Source of the DNA: Syntrophorhabdaceae bacterium | GTDB lineage: Bacteria > Desulfobacterota > Syntrophorhabdia > Syntrophorhabdales > Syntrophorhabdaceae | Assembly: GCA_963665295.1 (NCBI GenBank) | Contig: OY762209.1 | Span: forward strand, 3,072,001 to 3,136,000 | DNA: 64,000 nt | Direction of reading: 5' to 3' | In this document: positions 19,840 through 29,527 of the stretch, one piece after another | Layout of the letters: every line of letters begins with the position of its first letter | How positions within the stretch are numbered: position 1 is the stretch's first letter | The notes under the pieces: model-generated | Seen by the model: the letters and a program-made list of their open reading frames with translations, nothing else | Told to the model about the DNA's origin: nothing | Databases searched by the model: none | Program-made: the position numbers and the translations under genes

Positions 19840-20235
19840 TTACGACTGAGACAGGTTGCCCGTGAGCTTTTCTCTGAAGGGTTCGGGGATTCTTTTCGGC
19901 TTGCCTCTCCCATCGACACATACCATCTTTGTTTCGCCTTTCGTGGTGATCGTACTCTCCCTTGAAATGATGTGGGTCAGGACGAAATATGAGTTTTTGA
20001 CTTCTTTCACGGAAGTCACGACATGGATCACATCCCCGTACCGGACCTTGTCAATAAGGTCGAGGAATGCGCTCTTCACCATTATGTAAGTGTCCGATTC
20101 TTCCCACCCGGGCAGCGATACCCCTATGGACATAAGGTACTCGAACCATGATTTTTCAAAAAACCGGAGATAGTTTCCGTAGTAGACGACGCCGCCCGCG
20201 TCGGTATCCTGATAATAGATCCTTGTGGAGTACAT
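19840..20235 (-). CDS. Acyl-CoA thioesterase (YbgC/4HBT hotdog fold)
   Basis: RIYYQDTDAGGVVYYGNYLRFFE motif; start chosen at the internal Met (ORF extends to 20313). Confidence 0.88.
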   Translation of the reverse strand: MYSTRIYYQDTDAGGVVYYGNYLRFFEKSWFEYLMSIGVSLPGWEESDTYIMVKSAFLDLIDKVRYGDVIHVVTSVKEVKNSYFVLTHIISRESTITTKGETKMVCVDGRGKPKRIPEPFREKLTGNLSQS

Positions 20236-20494
20236 CGGTCTTTCATACCACGTAATCCCTGACGGGTCAATATCCTTGATCGTCAGTACCGGAGGCTTCC
20301 CGGGCCGGGCCATACCGTTTCAGGGGGCACAAACCGGTATTTCTTCGCGCCGCAACGAATGGACTTGATATTTTTCTTGCCCTGTCTTATTGTACAAAAG
20401 CGGTAACCCTGTGGGTGTTCAGGCACGACGTTTTCTGCCGGCAGAACGTTATCGCATTTACCGGAATCAAGTGCTCAATACTAAGGAGGTACAT

Positions 20495-21712
20495 ATGAGA
20501 GCGGTCGAGATAAAGCAGGATATCTATTGGGTTGGCGCGATCGATTGGGGTGTGAGGGATTTTCACGGATACATCACGCCTAACGGAACTACATATAACA
20601 ACTACCTCATCAAGGATGAGCATGTTACCCTCCTCGACTGCGTGAAGGAAGAGTTCGTGGAGGAGACTGTCGAGAATATCAAGAACATTGTGGACATGAA
20701 GGGGGTCGTGAATCTCGTGATCAACCACATCGAGCCCGATCACGCGGGCAGCGTGGATGCCATGATGAAACTCATCCCTGATGCGACGATTTACATCACC
20801 GAAAGAGGCAAGAAGGGTCTGGAAAGGCATTTCGATACTTCGACGTGGAAGTTCAAGGTGGTAAAGAGCGGCGATACGCTGAACACAGGCAAATATACCC
20901 TGACCTTTCTTGAAACCCCCATGCTCCACTGGCCGGACTCTATGGTTACCTACATAAAGGAGGCCAAGCTCCTTATCTCACAGGACGCCTTCGGGCAGCA
21001 TATCGCGACATCGTCGCGCTTTGACGACGAATTTGTCGGATGCGCCTCCATGTCCGAGCTTGAGGAATCCGTGAAAGACTACTATGCGAACATCCTTATG
21101 CCTTTTGGTCAACTGATAAAGTCGAAAATTGCGGAAATCGTAAAGGCGGGCCTTGAGATCGACATGATTGCCCCTGACCACGGGATTATCTGGCGGAAGG
21201 ACCCGGGAAAAGTGATCCAGATGTATCTGGACATGGCCAACGGTAAAGCCGACCTCAGGGTAGTGATCATTTATGATACCATGTGGCATAGCACGGAACG
21301 CATGACCGTTCCCATGATGCAGGGTATCAAGGATGCGGGCGTGGATTGCAAGGTGATAAAATTGAGGGCCACACCCATGAGCACGGCAATCAAGGAATTG
21401 TGGAAGGCCCGGGGCTGTCTCATAGGAACGCCGACGATCAACAACGTCATGTTCCCGTCGGTGGCTGAACTTCTCTATCATCTTGGAGGATTGCGACCCA
21501 AGAACAGGATAATGGGCGCTTTCGGAAGCTACGGGTGGGGCGGAGGAGCGGTCAAGGAGGCCTATGAGGCTGTAAAACGTATGGGGATCGAAACTGTGGA
21601 GCCCGGACTGCAGGTGTTGTTCAGACCTTCTTCCGATGACGATGCGGGCTGTTATGAATACGGAAGGGAGTTCGCGGCGAAAGTGAAAGAGTACCATAAA
21701 AAATTCGAGTAG
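20495..21712 (+). CDS. fprA: Flavodiiron protein (FprA/A-type flavoprotein)
   Basis: [28 protein letters not shown] diiron ligands; flavodoxin domain [18 protein letters not shown]. Confidence 0.95.
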   Translation: MRAVEIKQDIYWVGAIDWGVRDFHGYITPNGTTYNNYLIKDEHVTLLDCVKEEFVEETVENIKNIVDMKGVVNLVINHIEPDHAGSVDAMMKLIPDATIYITERGKKGLERHFDTSTWKFKVVKSGDTLNTGKYTLTFLETPMLHWPDSMVTYIKEAKLLISQDAFGQHIATSSRFDDEFVGCASMSELEESVKDYYANILMPFGQLIKSKIAEIVKAGLEIDMIAPDHGIIWRKDPGKVIQMYLDMANGKADLRVVIIYDTMWHSTERMTVPMMQGIKDAGVDCKVIKLRATPMSTAIKELWKARGCLIGTPTINNVMFPSVAELLYHLGGLRPKNRIMGAFGSYGWGGGAVKEAYEAVKRMGIETVEPGLQVLFRPSSDDDAGCYEYGREFAAKVKEYHKKFE

Positions 21713-21722
21713 GAGGGACGTC

Positions 21723-21854
21723 ATGTGGACATGCACGATTTGCGGTTATCAGTACGACGAAGCCAAAGAAGGCACGAAGTTTGAAGACCTTCCGGAGGAT
21801 TGGACGTGTCCGATATGCGGTGCGCCCAAGGACGCCTTCGAAAAGGCGAAATGA
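21723..21854 (+). CDS. Short rubredoxin (43 aa), absent from the ORF track
   Basis: Manual translation [43 protein letters not shown]; two CxxCG motifs; AGGAGG RBS right after the fprA stop. Confidence 0.95.
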   Translation: MWTCTICGYQYDEAKEGTKFEDLPEDWTCPICGAPKDAFEKAK

Positions 21855-21899
21855 GGAAAGTTTTTTCACGCTTCAGCAAAATACTTTTGGAGGGGAACC

Positions 21900-22394
21900 A
21901 TGTCAAAAACAGAGAGTAATCTTAAGGAAGCGTTTGCCGGCGAGTCCCAGGCAAACCGGAAGTATCTGGCCTTTGCAAAGAAAGCGGATGATGAAGGTTA
22001 CCCGCAGGTTGCGAAACTTTTCAGGGCTGCCGCAGAGGCGGAGACCGTTCACGCCCACAATCACCTGAGAGAACTGAAGGGCATCCTGAGCACCAAGGAG
22101 AACCTTGAGGAGGCGATCAGCGGCGAATCCTTTGAATTCCAGAAAATGTATCCCGCAATGATAGAAGAAGCCAAGGCGGAAGGCATTAAAGGCGCTGAGC
22201 GGAGCTTTACCATTGCGAATGAGGTTGAGAAGGTTCACGCGGCGCTTTACAAGAAGGCCCTTGACGCACTCGGAAAGAACGAGGACCACGACTATTATAT
22301 CTGCAAGGTCTGCGGCTATACCGCGGAAGGGGAGGCTCCCGATGTCTGCCCTGTCTGCGGGGCAAAGAAGATGGCCTTTTACAAAGTCGAGTAA
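21900..22394 (+). CDS. rbr: Rubrerythrin
   Basis: AFAGESQA, ETVHA, EKVH diiron motifs; C-terminal CKVCG...CPVCG rubredoxin domain. Confidence 0.95.
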   Translation: MSKTESNLKEAFAGESQANRKYLAFAKKADDEGYPQVAKLFRAAAEAETVHAHNHLRELKGILSTKENLEEAISGESFEFQKMYPAMIEEAKAEGIKGAERSFTIANEVEKVHAALYKKALDALGKNEDHDYYICKVCGYTAEGEAPDVCPVCGAKKMAFYKVE

Positions 22395-22429
22395 ATGACC
22401 CGCGTCACGAGAAGTAAGGAGTTTTCCGG

Positions 22430-23005
22430 TTGAATGTGACCGCCTTTCATGCAAGTCCGAGGCTTCAGGGGAACACGGATCTCCTTCTGGCGGAGACCCT
22501 GAGGGCGATAGACCCTTCAGCGCACAGGGTGCGGCTGTTCAGGCTCAATGCCATGGACATCAGGCCGTGTCAGAACTGCGGAGGCTGCGAGGAAACAGGA
22601 ATCTGTGTCATGAAGGACGGGATGGCGGATATATATGAAAGCATCCGGGAGGCGGACAGAATCGTTCTCGCCTCCCCTGTATTCTTTTTTGGCCTGGCCG
22701 CCCAGGCCAAGATCATGATTGACAGATGCCAGGCATTCTGGTGCGGGAAGTATCTCCTGAAGCGGGGGATACCCGCGGGACCATATGGGAGAAAAGGGTT
22801 GCTCCTTCTCGTGGGGGGCATGAAAAAGGAAACCGGAGTTGAATGCAGCAATGCCACGGCAACGGCGTTCTTCCGGACCATAAGCGTTCCGGAACATAAG
22901 GTGCTCTCCTACCTGGGTGTGGACGCAAAGGGCGCCATACTCGATCATTCGACGGCACTGGCCGACGCGTATAACGCCGGAGAAAGGCTGGTTACCCTGG
23001 GGTAA
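22430..23005 (+). CDS. Iron-sulfur flavoprotein / flavodoxin-family NADPH-dependent FMN reductase
   Basis: SPR..GNT, CQNCGGCEETGIC, SPVFF, IDR motifs. Confidence 0.87.
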   Translation: MNVTAFHASPRLQGNTDLLLAETLRAIDPSAHRVRLFRLNAMDIRPCQNCGGCEETGICVMKDGMADIYESIREADRIVLASPVFFFGLAAQAKIMIDRCQAFWCGKYLLKRGIPAGPYGRKGLLLLVGGMKKETGVECSNATATAFFRTISVPEHKVLSYLGVDAKGAILDHSTALADAYNAGERLVTLG

Positions 23006-23163
23006 ATATCCGTTGTCGCCGGGCAGGTGGGCCTTCACGCCCGGTTTGTCGCATGCTTCCATTTGACACCCGCCTGCGAAGCATAGTAAGAATAAGCATT
23101 GTGCGGGAATCTTGTATCACGTCCCTGACTAAATACTACACCGGAAAGAAGGCATAAGAAAGA

Positions 23164-25410
23164 ATGGATGAAGGGCCTCTGCCCATAACAGACCTTGAGG
23201 AAGGGGAAGAAGGAATAGTCTATCATCTGTCCGGCGGAAAAAGCCTCATGAGCAGGTTTGCCGGTATGGGGATAGCCCCCGGAACAAGGATAAAGGTACT
23301 GAGAAACAGGGGCAGGATGGTCATCGTCTACGCTTCCGACACAAGAGTGGCTCTTGGAAGGCGGCAGGCTGCCGATATCGAGGTGATCAGAGCGGAGTTC
23401 GCGGAAGAGAAGAGGCCCGAGGAAAAGGCACGGGAGACCTTCCTTATCGCCCTTGCGGGGCAGCCGAATGTGGGGAAATCTACCATATTCAATGTGCTCA
23501 CCGGTCTGTCCCAGCACATCGGCAATTGGCCGGGAAAAACGGTCGAGAGGAAAGAGGGCGTCTACACCACGGACCATGCGGAGATCAAGATTGTAGATCT
23601 TCCCGGCACGTACAGTCTGAGCGCCTTCTCCGAAGAGGAGAGGGTGGCGAGGGATTTTGTCATACATGAGCACCCCGACGCGATCATCCTTCTCGCAAAT
23701 GCATCGGTCCTTGAGCGAAGCCTCTATCTCCTCTCCGAGTTGCTCCTTCTCGGCCCTCCCATCATAGTGGGGGTCAATATGACGGATGTCGCGGAAAACC
23801 AAGGGATATTTATCGATATCCAGGCTCTCCGCACGGCCCTTGGGGTACCCGTGGTCGAATTGACCGCTACCAGGAACAGGGGGATAAAGGAACTCATATC
23901 CGATGCCATAAAGCTCGCGAAGGGCGAACTTTCCTACGACCCGAGAATGCCCGATGTGTCTGAAGACCACAAAGCCATATTTCACAGCCTGGTCGATCTG
24001 GTGGATGAATATGTCTCTCCCCCTCTTACCGATAATTGGGTGGCCACGAAGCTGATGGAAGGCGATCCGGAAATATCACGGGTGATCGAGGAACTGGTCC
24101 CGGTAACCGTGTGGAATGAGATTATGGCGCTTCTTATCAAACACGAGGACGCGCTCCGCGCGGTAGTAGGGGGACGCTACGACTGGATAGAAGAGGTGAC
24201 AAGGGCTACCATATCACGGTTCAAGAGAGGACAGGTGTTGATCACCGATCGGATCGACCACCTTCTCACCCGTCCCGTCATAGGTATACCGGTTCTCCTG
24301 GGGATACTGGGTATCATCTTCACCGCCACCTTCGAGGTTGGATTTCCGGCCCAGAAAGGTTTGGAATATCTGATAAGCGCAATCGGGCAATGGATTGACG
24401 GGTCCTTTTCTTTCGCTCCCCACTGGATCAGGGGCCTTCTGGTAAATGGGATAATAGGGGGCGTGGGGTCTATCCTCACCTTTGTCCCTTTGCTGGTGAT
24501 ATTCTTTACTGCCATGGCCTTTCTCGAGGATGTGGGGTACATGGCCCGTGCGGCCTTTGTGATGGACCGTTTTATGCACATCATCGGTCTCCACGGCAAG
24601 AGCTTCCTGCCCATGTGCCTGGGATTCGGCTGTAATGTCCCCTCGGTCATGGGGGCTCGAATCGTGGAATCACAGAAAGCGAGGCTCCTCACCATTTTCC
24701 TTACCCCTTTTGTGCCCTGTACGGGACGGCTTGCGGCAATGACGTTCATTTCCGCCGCCATCTTCGGAAATAAGGCCCTTACCGTGTCCTGGTCCCTGGT
24801 CGCCCTCAATATATTCGCCCTCGGCATAGCCGGCCTGATCATCGGAAGGGTATTTCTCAGGGGAGAGCCGGTTCCTTTCATAATGGAACTGCCCCTCTAT
24901 CACCGGCCGGACCTGAAAACCATAGGGATGGTGGTATGGAGCAGAACTACGGCTTTCATCAGGAAGGCGGGTACGGTGATACTCATCTTCTCGCTCGTGA
25001 TCTGGTGTCTTTCCAATATCCCCACGGGAAGGATAGAAACGAGCATCCTTGCATGGATCGGGCATAAGGTCGAATTTCTGGGTGCGCCCATGGGGTTTGA
25101 CTGGAAGATGATGGTAGCCCTGCTATCGAGTATTGTGGCCAAGGAAAATGCCATTGCGAGCCTTGGGATACTCTATAACGTGGGCGAACAGGGACTTCGG
25201 GTTGTCCTCCCCACGGTAATCAGCCATTCCTCTGCCCTGGCGTTTCTCGTGGTACTGATGATCTTCATCCCCTGTGTGCCTACCATAACCGTGATGAAAC
25301 AGGAGATGGAGAGCTGGAAATGGTTCATCCTATCCATAGTCTTTATGCTTCTGCTCTCTCTTACCGGCGGGGTAGCGGCCTTCCACATGGCTGCCTGGTT
25401 AGGGCTTTAA
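23164..25410 (+). CDS. feoB: Fused FeoA-FeoB ferrous iron transporter
   Basis: N-terminal FeoA (RFAGMGIAPG...VALGRRQA), G1 GQPNVGKS, GNWPGKTVE, DLPGTYSL, GFGCNVP, FIMELP, PC gate motifs. Confidence 0.95.
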   Translation: MDEGPLPITDLEEGEEGIVYHLSGGKSLMSRFAGMGIAPGTRIKVLRNRGRMVIVYASDTRVALGRRQAADIEVIRAEFAEEKRPEEKARETFLIALAGQPNVGKSTIFNVLTGLSQHIGNWPGKTVERKEGVYTTDHAEIKIVDLPGTYSLSAFSEEERVARDFVIHEHPDAIILLANASVLERSLYLLSELLLLGPPIIVGVNMTDVAENQGIFIDIQALRTALGVPVVELTATRNRGIKELISDAIKLAKGELSYDPRMPDVSEDHKAIFHSLVDLVDEYVSPPLTDNWVATKLMEGDPEISRVIEELVPVTVWNEIMALLIKHEDALRAVVGGRYDWIEEVTRATISRFKRGQVLITDRIDHLLTRPVIGIPVLLGILGIIFTATFEVGFPAQKGLEYLISAIGQWIDGSFSFAPHWIRGLLVNGIIGGVGSILTFVPLLVIFFTAMAFLEDVGYMARAAFVMDRFMHIIGLHGKSFLPMCLGFGCNVPSVMGARIVESQKARLLTIFLTPFVPCTGRLAAMTFISAAIFGNKALTVSWSLVALNIFALGIAGLIIGRVFLRGEPVPFIMELPLYHRPDLKTIGMVVWSRTTAFIRKAGTVILIFSLVIWCLSNIPTGRIETSILAWIGHKVEFLGAPMGFDWKMMVALLSSIVAKENAIASLGILYNVGEQGLRVVLPTVISHSSALAFLVVLMIFIPCVPTITVMKQEMESWKWFILSIVFMLLLSLTGGVAAFHMAAWLGL

Positions 25411-25430
25411 CCGCCTCCGGCGGTTACCTG

Positions 25431-25488
25431 TTGACATGGAAGCGCAGGTAATATAAGCTGAACATACATTCACATGAACAGACGTTCA
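25431..25488 (+). promoter_or_regulatory. Putative sigma70 promoter and tandem palindromic operators for the TetR gene
   Basis: TTGACA(25431)-17 bp-TAAGCT(25454); TGAACATACATTCA (25459-25472) and TGAACAGACGTTCA (25475-25488). Confidence 0.6.
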
Positions 25489-26079
25489 GGCAAGGACTCA
25501 AGAAAAAAGATACTCGACGCCGCGTTTGTCGTATTCTCGGAACACGGATACGAGAAGACGAGCATGAGGATGATCGCGGCCGGCGCCGGCCTGAGTGTCG
25601 GCGGTCTTTACCTTTACTTTGAAAATAAGGAGACCCTTTATTCCACGCTCATGGAACGGGTACTGGAAGACCTTTCCAGAGACACGGAGGAGAGGGTAAA
25701 GGAAATCTCCGATCCCGTAAGTGCCTTCAATGCCTTTATCGATATACGGCTTGCCTATGCGGCCAGGAACAAGGAACTGATAATCACCAACAGCAGGGAG
25801 CCGAAACTTGCCCTGGGGGCGGAGATCAGGAAGAGGTTTTTTGAGCGGCAGAGACGGCTTGTTGAGTTGATAGTGAGCAAGGGCATAGAATCCGGTGACT
25901 TCGCGGAATGCGACCCTGCAGAGGCGGCGAAGGTCATAACCTCCGTATTGAGGGGCTATGTGTTTTCTCTTGTTATAGACCAGGACAATCTCTTCTCTCC
26001 GGAGGAGTGCCGCCGTGTGATGCTTAACGGGCTTCTGGCGCGGCAGGGTGGATCGGGGCGGACCGTTACCGGTGTGTGA
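25474..26079 (+). CDS. TetR/AcrR-family transcriptional regulator
   Basis: ILDAA..VF...GY..TS.R.IA..AGLS.GGLY.YF.NKE HTH. Confidence 0.93.
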   Translation: MNRRSGKDSRKKILDAAFVVFSEHGYEKTSMRMIAAGAGLSVGGLYLYFENKETLYSTLMERVLEDLSRDTEERVKEISDPVSAFNAFIDIRLAYAARNKELIITNSREPKLALGAEIRKRFFERQRRLVELIVSKGIESGDFAECDPAEAAKVITSVLRGYVFSLVIDQDNLFSPEECRRVMLNGLLARQGGSGRTVTGV

Positions 26080-26082
26080 CCC

Positions 26083-27237
26083 ATGAGCCTGTTCCTGATC
26101 ACTTTCTTCCTTCTTTATGGAGCAATGCACTCCTACCTGGTGGTGAAGGCACACAACGCCTTCGGTTTTAGCCTCCGGACGCTGATTCCCCTGATCTTCG
26201 TCATGTTGGTCATGGTCTTTTCACCCGTTTTTGTACGCATGTCGGAGAAGGCGGGGTTCACAGGACCGGCATTGCCCATGGCTTACGCTACCTACGTGTG
26301 GATGGGTTTCCTTTTCCTGTTTTTCTGCAGTTCTTTCTGCCTCGACATAGGGAGGCTTGTGATCTACCTGGCCGGCCTTGCGACGGGAAGGACCCTGTTC
26401 CCCGCCGCTTTAGCGGACAGGCTACAATTCTATCTCGCCTTTTCCCTTGCGCTGGTGATCGCGGTGTATGGTTTTGTGGAGGCGGGGAGTATAAGGACCG
26501 AGCACATTGCCATCAAGACCGATAAACTTTCGCAACAGGTAGGGGCACTGAGGATCGTCCAGATTTCAGATGTGCATCTGGGCCTTGTGGCGAGAGAAGC
26601 GCGTCTCAAGGACATTGTGGACAAAGTGAAACAGGCAGACCCCGATATCCTTGTGTCCACAGGAGACCTCCTCGACGGTCAGACGGATTCCCTCGGCGCC
26701 ATGGCGCCCCTGCTTGATGAAGTCCGGCCCCGGTTCGGGAAGTTTGCCATAACAGGCAACCACGAGTTTTATGCGGGATTGGGGAATTTTACCACCTTCG
26801 CCGAAAAGGCCGGCTTCAGGGTGCTTCGTGGGGAGGGCACGGCTATCGAGGGCGTGATCAACGTAGCGGGCGTGGATGACGTTGCAGGAAGACCTATCGG
26901 CCTCTATAGAGGGGTCGAAGAAAAGGCGCTTCTCTCCTGCCTCGGCCCCGGGCGGTTCAATCTCCTCCTCAAGCACAGGCCGGATATTGACCCGGGCTCC
27001 GTGGGGTTCTTCGATCTGCAGCTTTCAGGCCATACCCATGATGGGCAGATATTCCCTTTCGCTTATGTAGTGAAGAGATTTTTCCCCATGGTGGCGGGCC
27101 GTTTCCCGCTTGGCAAGAACTCAGAGCTTTACGTGAGCCGGGGAACGGGTACATGGGGGCCTCCCATCCGGTTTCTTGCCCCTCCGGAGATAACGGTAAT
27201 TGAACTCAGATCGGGCGAGAAGGCGAATCAATTCTGA
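26083..27237 (+). CDS. Membrane-anchored metallophosphoesterase (YkuE/YaeI-like)
   Basis: N-terminal TM helices; SDVH, TGDLLD, GNHE, SGHTH.GQ motifs. Confidence 0.9.
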   Translation: MSLFLITFFLLYGAMHSYLVVKAHNAFGFSLRTLIPLIFVMLVMVFSPVFVRMSEKAGFTGPALPMAYATYVWMGFLFLFFCSSFCLDIGRLVIYLAGLATGRTLFPAALADRLQFYLAFSLALVIAVYGFVEAGSIRTEHIAIKTDKLSQQVGALRIVQISDVHLGLVAREARLKDIVDKVKQADPDILVSTGDLLDGQTDSLGAMAPLLDEVRPRFGKFAITGNHEFYAGLGNFTTFAEKAGFRVLRGEGTAIEGVINVAGVDDVAGRPIGLYRGVEEKALLSCLGPGRFNLLLKHRPDIDPGSVGFFDLQLSGHTHDGQIFPFAYVVKRFFPMVAGRFPLGKNSELYVSRGTGTWGPPIRFLAPPEITVIELRSGEKANQF

Positions 27238-27243
27238 GGGGGC

Positions 27244-27675
27244 TTACTTGTCCCTGCACTCGGCGCAGATACCGTAAATGCACATTACGTGCCCCGTGAC
27301 GAGAAATCCATGGCGCCGGGCGAGTGCATCCTGCAACTCCTCTATCCTGGGATCGAAGGCTTCGACGGTTTTTCCGCACCGCTCACACATGATATGGTCG
27401 TGATGATCATGATCCACGTTATGCTCGTACCTGGTTACGCCGTCTCCGAACTGTACTTCCCGGGCAACACCCGATTGGACGAAGAGCCTCAGGTTGCGAT
27501 AGACGGTAGCCTGCCCTATGGTTTTGTCTTTTTTCTTGACCGCCGCAGTGAGATCCTCGGCGCTTTGATGACCCTCCACAAGGAGGAACTCATTGAGGAT
27601 AGCTTCTCGCTGTTCCGTCATCCTGAGGCCGTGGAGTGATAAATACTCGGCGAGAATTGTTTTTTCCCTTTGCAT
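27244..27675 (-). CDS. fur: Fur-family transcriptional regulator
   Basis: T.QR..IL, ATVYRNL, HHDH.MCERCG, C-terminal CAEC; metal specificity (Fur/Zur/PerR) not certain. Confidence 0.85.
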   Translation of the reverse strand: MQREKTILAEYLSLHGLRMTEQREAILNEFLLVEGHQSAEDLTAAVKKKDKTIGQATVYRNLRLFVQSGVAREVQFGDGVTRYEHNVDHDHHDHIMCERCGKTVEAFDPRIEELQDALARRHGFLVTGHVMCIYGICAECRDK

Positions 27676-27770
27676 AACGTTAGTGGTAACAATACCACCC
27701 GTGTTTTTCCCTGTCAAGGCTCGCGCGCGGGACACGGCATGGAGCCGGGAACGGAAAGATGCCTGCCATA

Positions 27771-29174
27771 TCAGTCCCTTTGCCCCTTGGGCTCCATATG
27801 GGCGCCTATGGCAAAAACCATCTGGAGGTACACCTCGTGATTCGTTTCCGAACCACCGCCGTAGGCGGGATTCCCGCCGCCGGACCGGTCATAGTTGTAC
27901 TGCAGTCTGAACCGTGAATATTCGCTCGGGTTGAACTCCAGGGCTGCAGTCAGACGGTAGGGGTTGTGGAACCTTTGCGGTATTCCGGAGACGCTGTAGT
28001 CGCTGAGGAAAAGGTTGAGACGGTCATAACGCACGCCGATTCTCCATTTATCGACCTGATAGAGGGCCTGGATATATATGCCGTCTTGAGAGCGGGAGAG
28101 GTGGTCTATGGCATAGTTCGCCGTGTTCAGGAGATCGCCGGACTGGTTGCGCCGCATATATTCACCCTGAAGGGTGAGACTTCTCGTTTTCGAGGGCGCC
28201 CACGCGAAGAGGCACTCGAACCCGTACAGGGTCGAATCCCCACGAAAGAGGGTGCCGCCCGCCACAGAATCCGTTTCGGTTGAACCGTGTACCACGTAGG
28301 GGCCGAAGTAGATCTTTGCGGCTTCGTCGAATTTATGGGAGCCCTTGAGAAAACCCGTGAAAGCATGGGGCCCGCCGGAAGAATTCCGGTTGAACATAAC
28401 GTCGTTTTCGCCCTGGAGTGCCTCTACGCCGATGAGGGGCGAGAAGGGGAATGAAGGCCGGTATGTCAACTGGGCCCCCTTCTCCGTAATGCCGTCCCTT
28501 CCCGTGAACCCCCGGTATACGAGGGGAGCGTCGGCAAAGTCCCAATCGTGAGGATGGTTCTCATTATGGACACTGAAGTTGCTCCTGAACTTGCCGGCCT
28601 TCAGCCGCAGGTTTTCCGGAAGGGTTTTGGTGTAGAAGTACGCCTCTTCTATGGTCGATCCCTCTTCCTTGAACGACAGGACGCCGAAGAGGTCAAAATA
28701 CCTGTCCACAGGTGCGAAGAGGGCGATGGAAGCTTCATCGATATTGAAGCCCTTTGTCTGGTCGAGGCCGACACTGGAGTAGCCGGTAATGCCCCTGCTT
28801 TTGAGCTTTCTCTCGCTGACGTTCGAGGAGTAATAAAAGCTGTTAAGCACGAAGGTGACCGCAGGGTTCTTGACGTTTCTGAAGAAATCTCCCCATGCAC
28901 CCGACACCACGAGGCGGTTCCCCTCTTTCGCGTCCGGACCGTAGTCCGATTCAGGCGTGTAAAGGGTCGCCTCACCCGCGCTTTTGTCCGGGGCCTTCCC
29001 GGCGGCGGCCGTTTCTGTCCTTAGGCGATTGATAAGTTCACGCTGTTCCTCGATAGTCTTTTGCTGCTTCTTCAGTATTTCTTCGAGGACGGTCACCCGG
29101 GACTCCAGATCCGCAGAAAACGATGCCCCGGCGAAGAATAACAGCAAAACAGCGGCCAATATAAGCCGAATCAT
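27771..29174 (-). CDS. Outer-membrane beta-barrel, putative metal porin (family often annotated zinc-regulated OM receptor)
   Basis: Signal peptide, coiled coil, then GF...E..., EEAY, KAGKF...F...N..HPHDWDF.D.PL, FSRFRLQY-like and C-terminal IGAH motifs; AAGGAGG RBS. Confidence 0.7.
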   Translation of the reverse strand: MIRLILAAVLLLFFAGASFSADLESRVTVLEEILKKQQKTIEEQRELINRLRTETAAAGKAPDKSAGEATLYTPESDYGPDAKEGNRLVVSGAWGDFFRNVKNPAVTFVLNSFYYSSNVSERKLKSRGITGYSSVGLDQTKGFNIDEASIALFAPVDRYFDLFGVLSFKEEGSTIEEAYFYTKTLPENLRLKAGKFRSNFSVHNENHPHDWDFADAPLVYRGFTGRDGITEKGAQLTYRPSFPFSPLIGVEALQGENDVMFNRNSSGGPHAFTGFLKGSHKFDEAAKIYFGPYVVHGSTETDSVAGGTLFRGDSTLYGFECLFAWAPSKTRSLTLQGEYMRRNQSGDLLNTANYAIDHLSRSQDGIYIQALYQVDKWRIGVRYDRLNLFLSDYSVSGIPQRFHNPYRLTAALEFNPSEYSRFRLQYNYDRSGGGNPAYGGGSETNHEVYLQMVFAIGAHMEPKGQRD

Positions 29175-29266
29175 GATTCCTCCTTTCACGGTTCAAGCCC
29201 CAGGTTCCCTGCGGTTTCCCGGTTTCCCGAACCGTTCCCGCAGGGACACACGGAAGGCGATAAAAC

Positions 29267-29285
29267 GATAATGAGACCCATTATC
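29267..29285. promoter_or_regulatory. Second putative Fur box
   Basis: GATAATGAGACCCATTATC, 16/19 match to the canonical GATAATGATAATCATTATC. Confidence 0.6.
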
Positions 29286-29363
29286 AGACAAAGTACACAA
29301 TGAAAGCGCTCGGCGCTTGCTTATCTCCGCATCAGGGCGGATACCGGAGGCGCTTTATATGAG

Positions 29364-29384
29364 AATAATGATAATCATTATCAT
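29364..29384. promoter_or_regulatory. Fur box
   Basis: AATAATGATAATCATTATC (29364-29382), 18/19 match to canonical; perfect 8-1-8 palindrome ATGATAAT-C-ATTATCAT at 29368-29384. Confidence 0.85.
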
Positions 29385-29465
29385 GATAGAATGATTATGT
29401 CAAGGGCAAATTGAGCCTGTCGGTATGGGGCCACATCTTTTGTGTAGTTTGTATCATTTTTTCTC

Positions 29466-29494
29466 TTGACAGAAATTAAGTCATACTTAATAAT
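29466..29494 (+). promoter_or_regulatory. Putative promoter with palindromic operator upstream of the XRE/cupin regulator
   Basis: TTGACA at 29466; perfect 7-3-7 palindrome ATTAAGT-CAT-ACTTAAT at 29475-29491; AT-rich -10 region. Confidence 0.55.
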
Positions 29495-29527
29495 TGAATA
29501 AATACTTAAGCGAGAGGCCGGGATTAT

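Noticed and set aside
29186..29281. Possible ~31-codon minus-strand ORF (MGLIIVLSPSVCPCG...) and a TCCCTGCGG/CCGCAGGGA stem in the porin leader
   Set aside because: No RBS, its start lies inside the second Fur box, and no riboswitch motif is recognisable.
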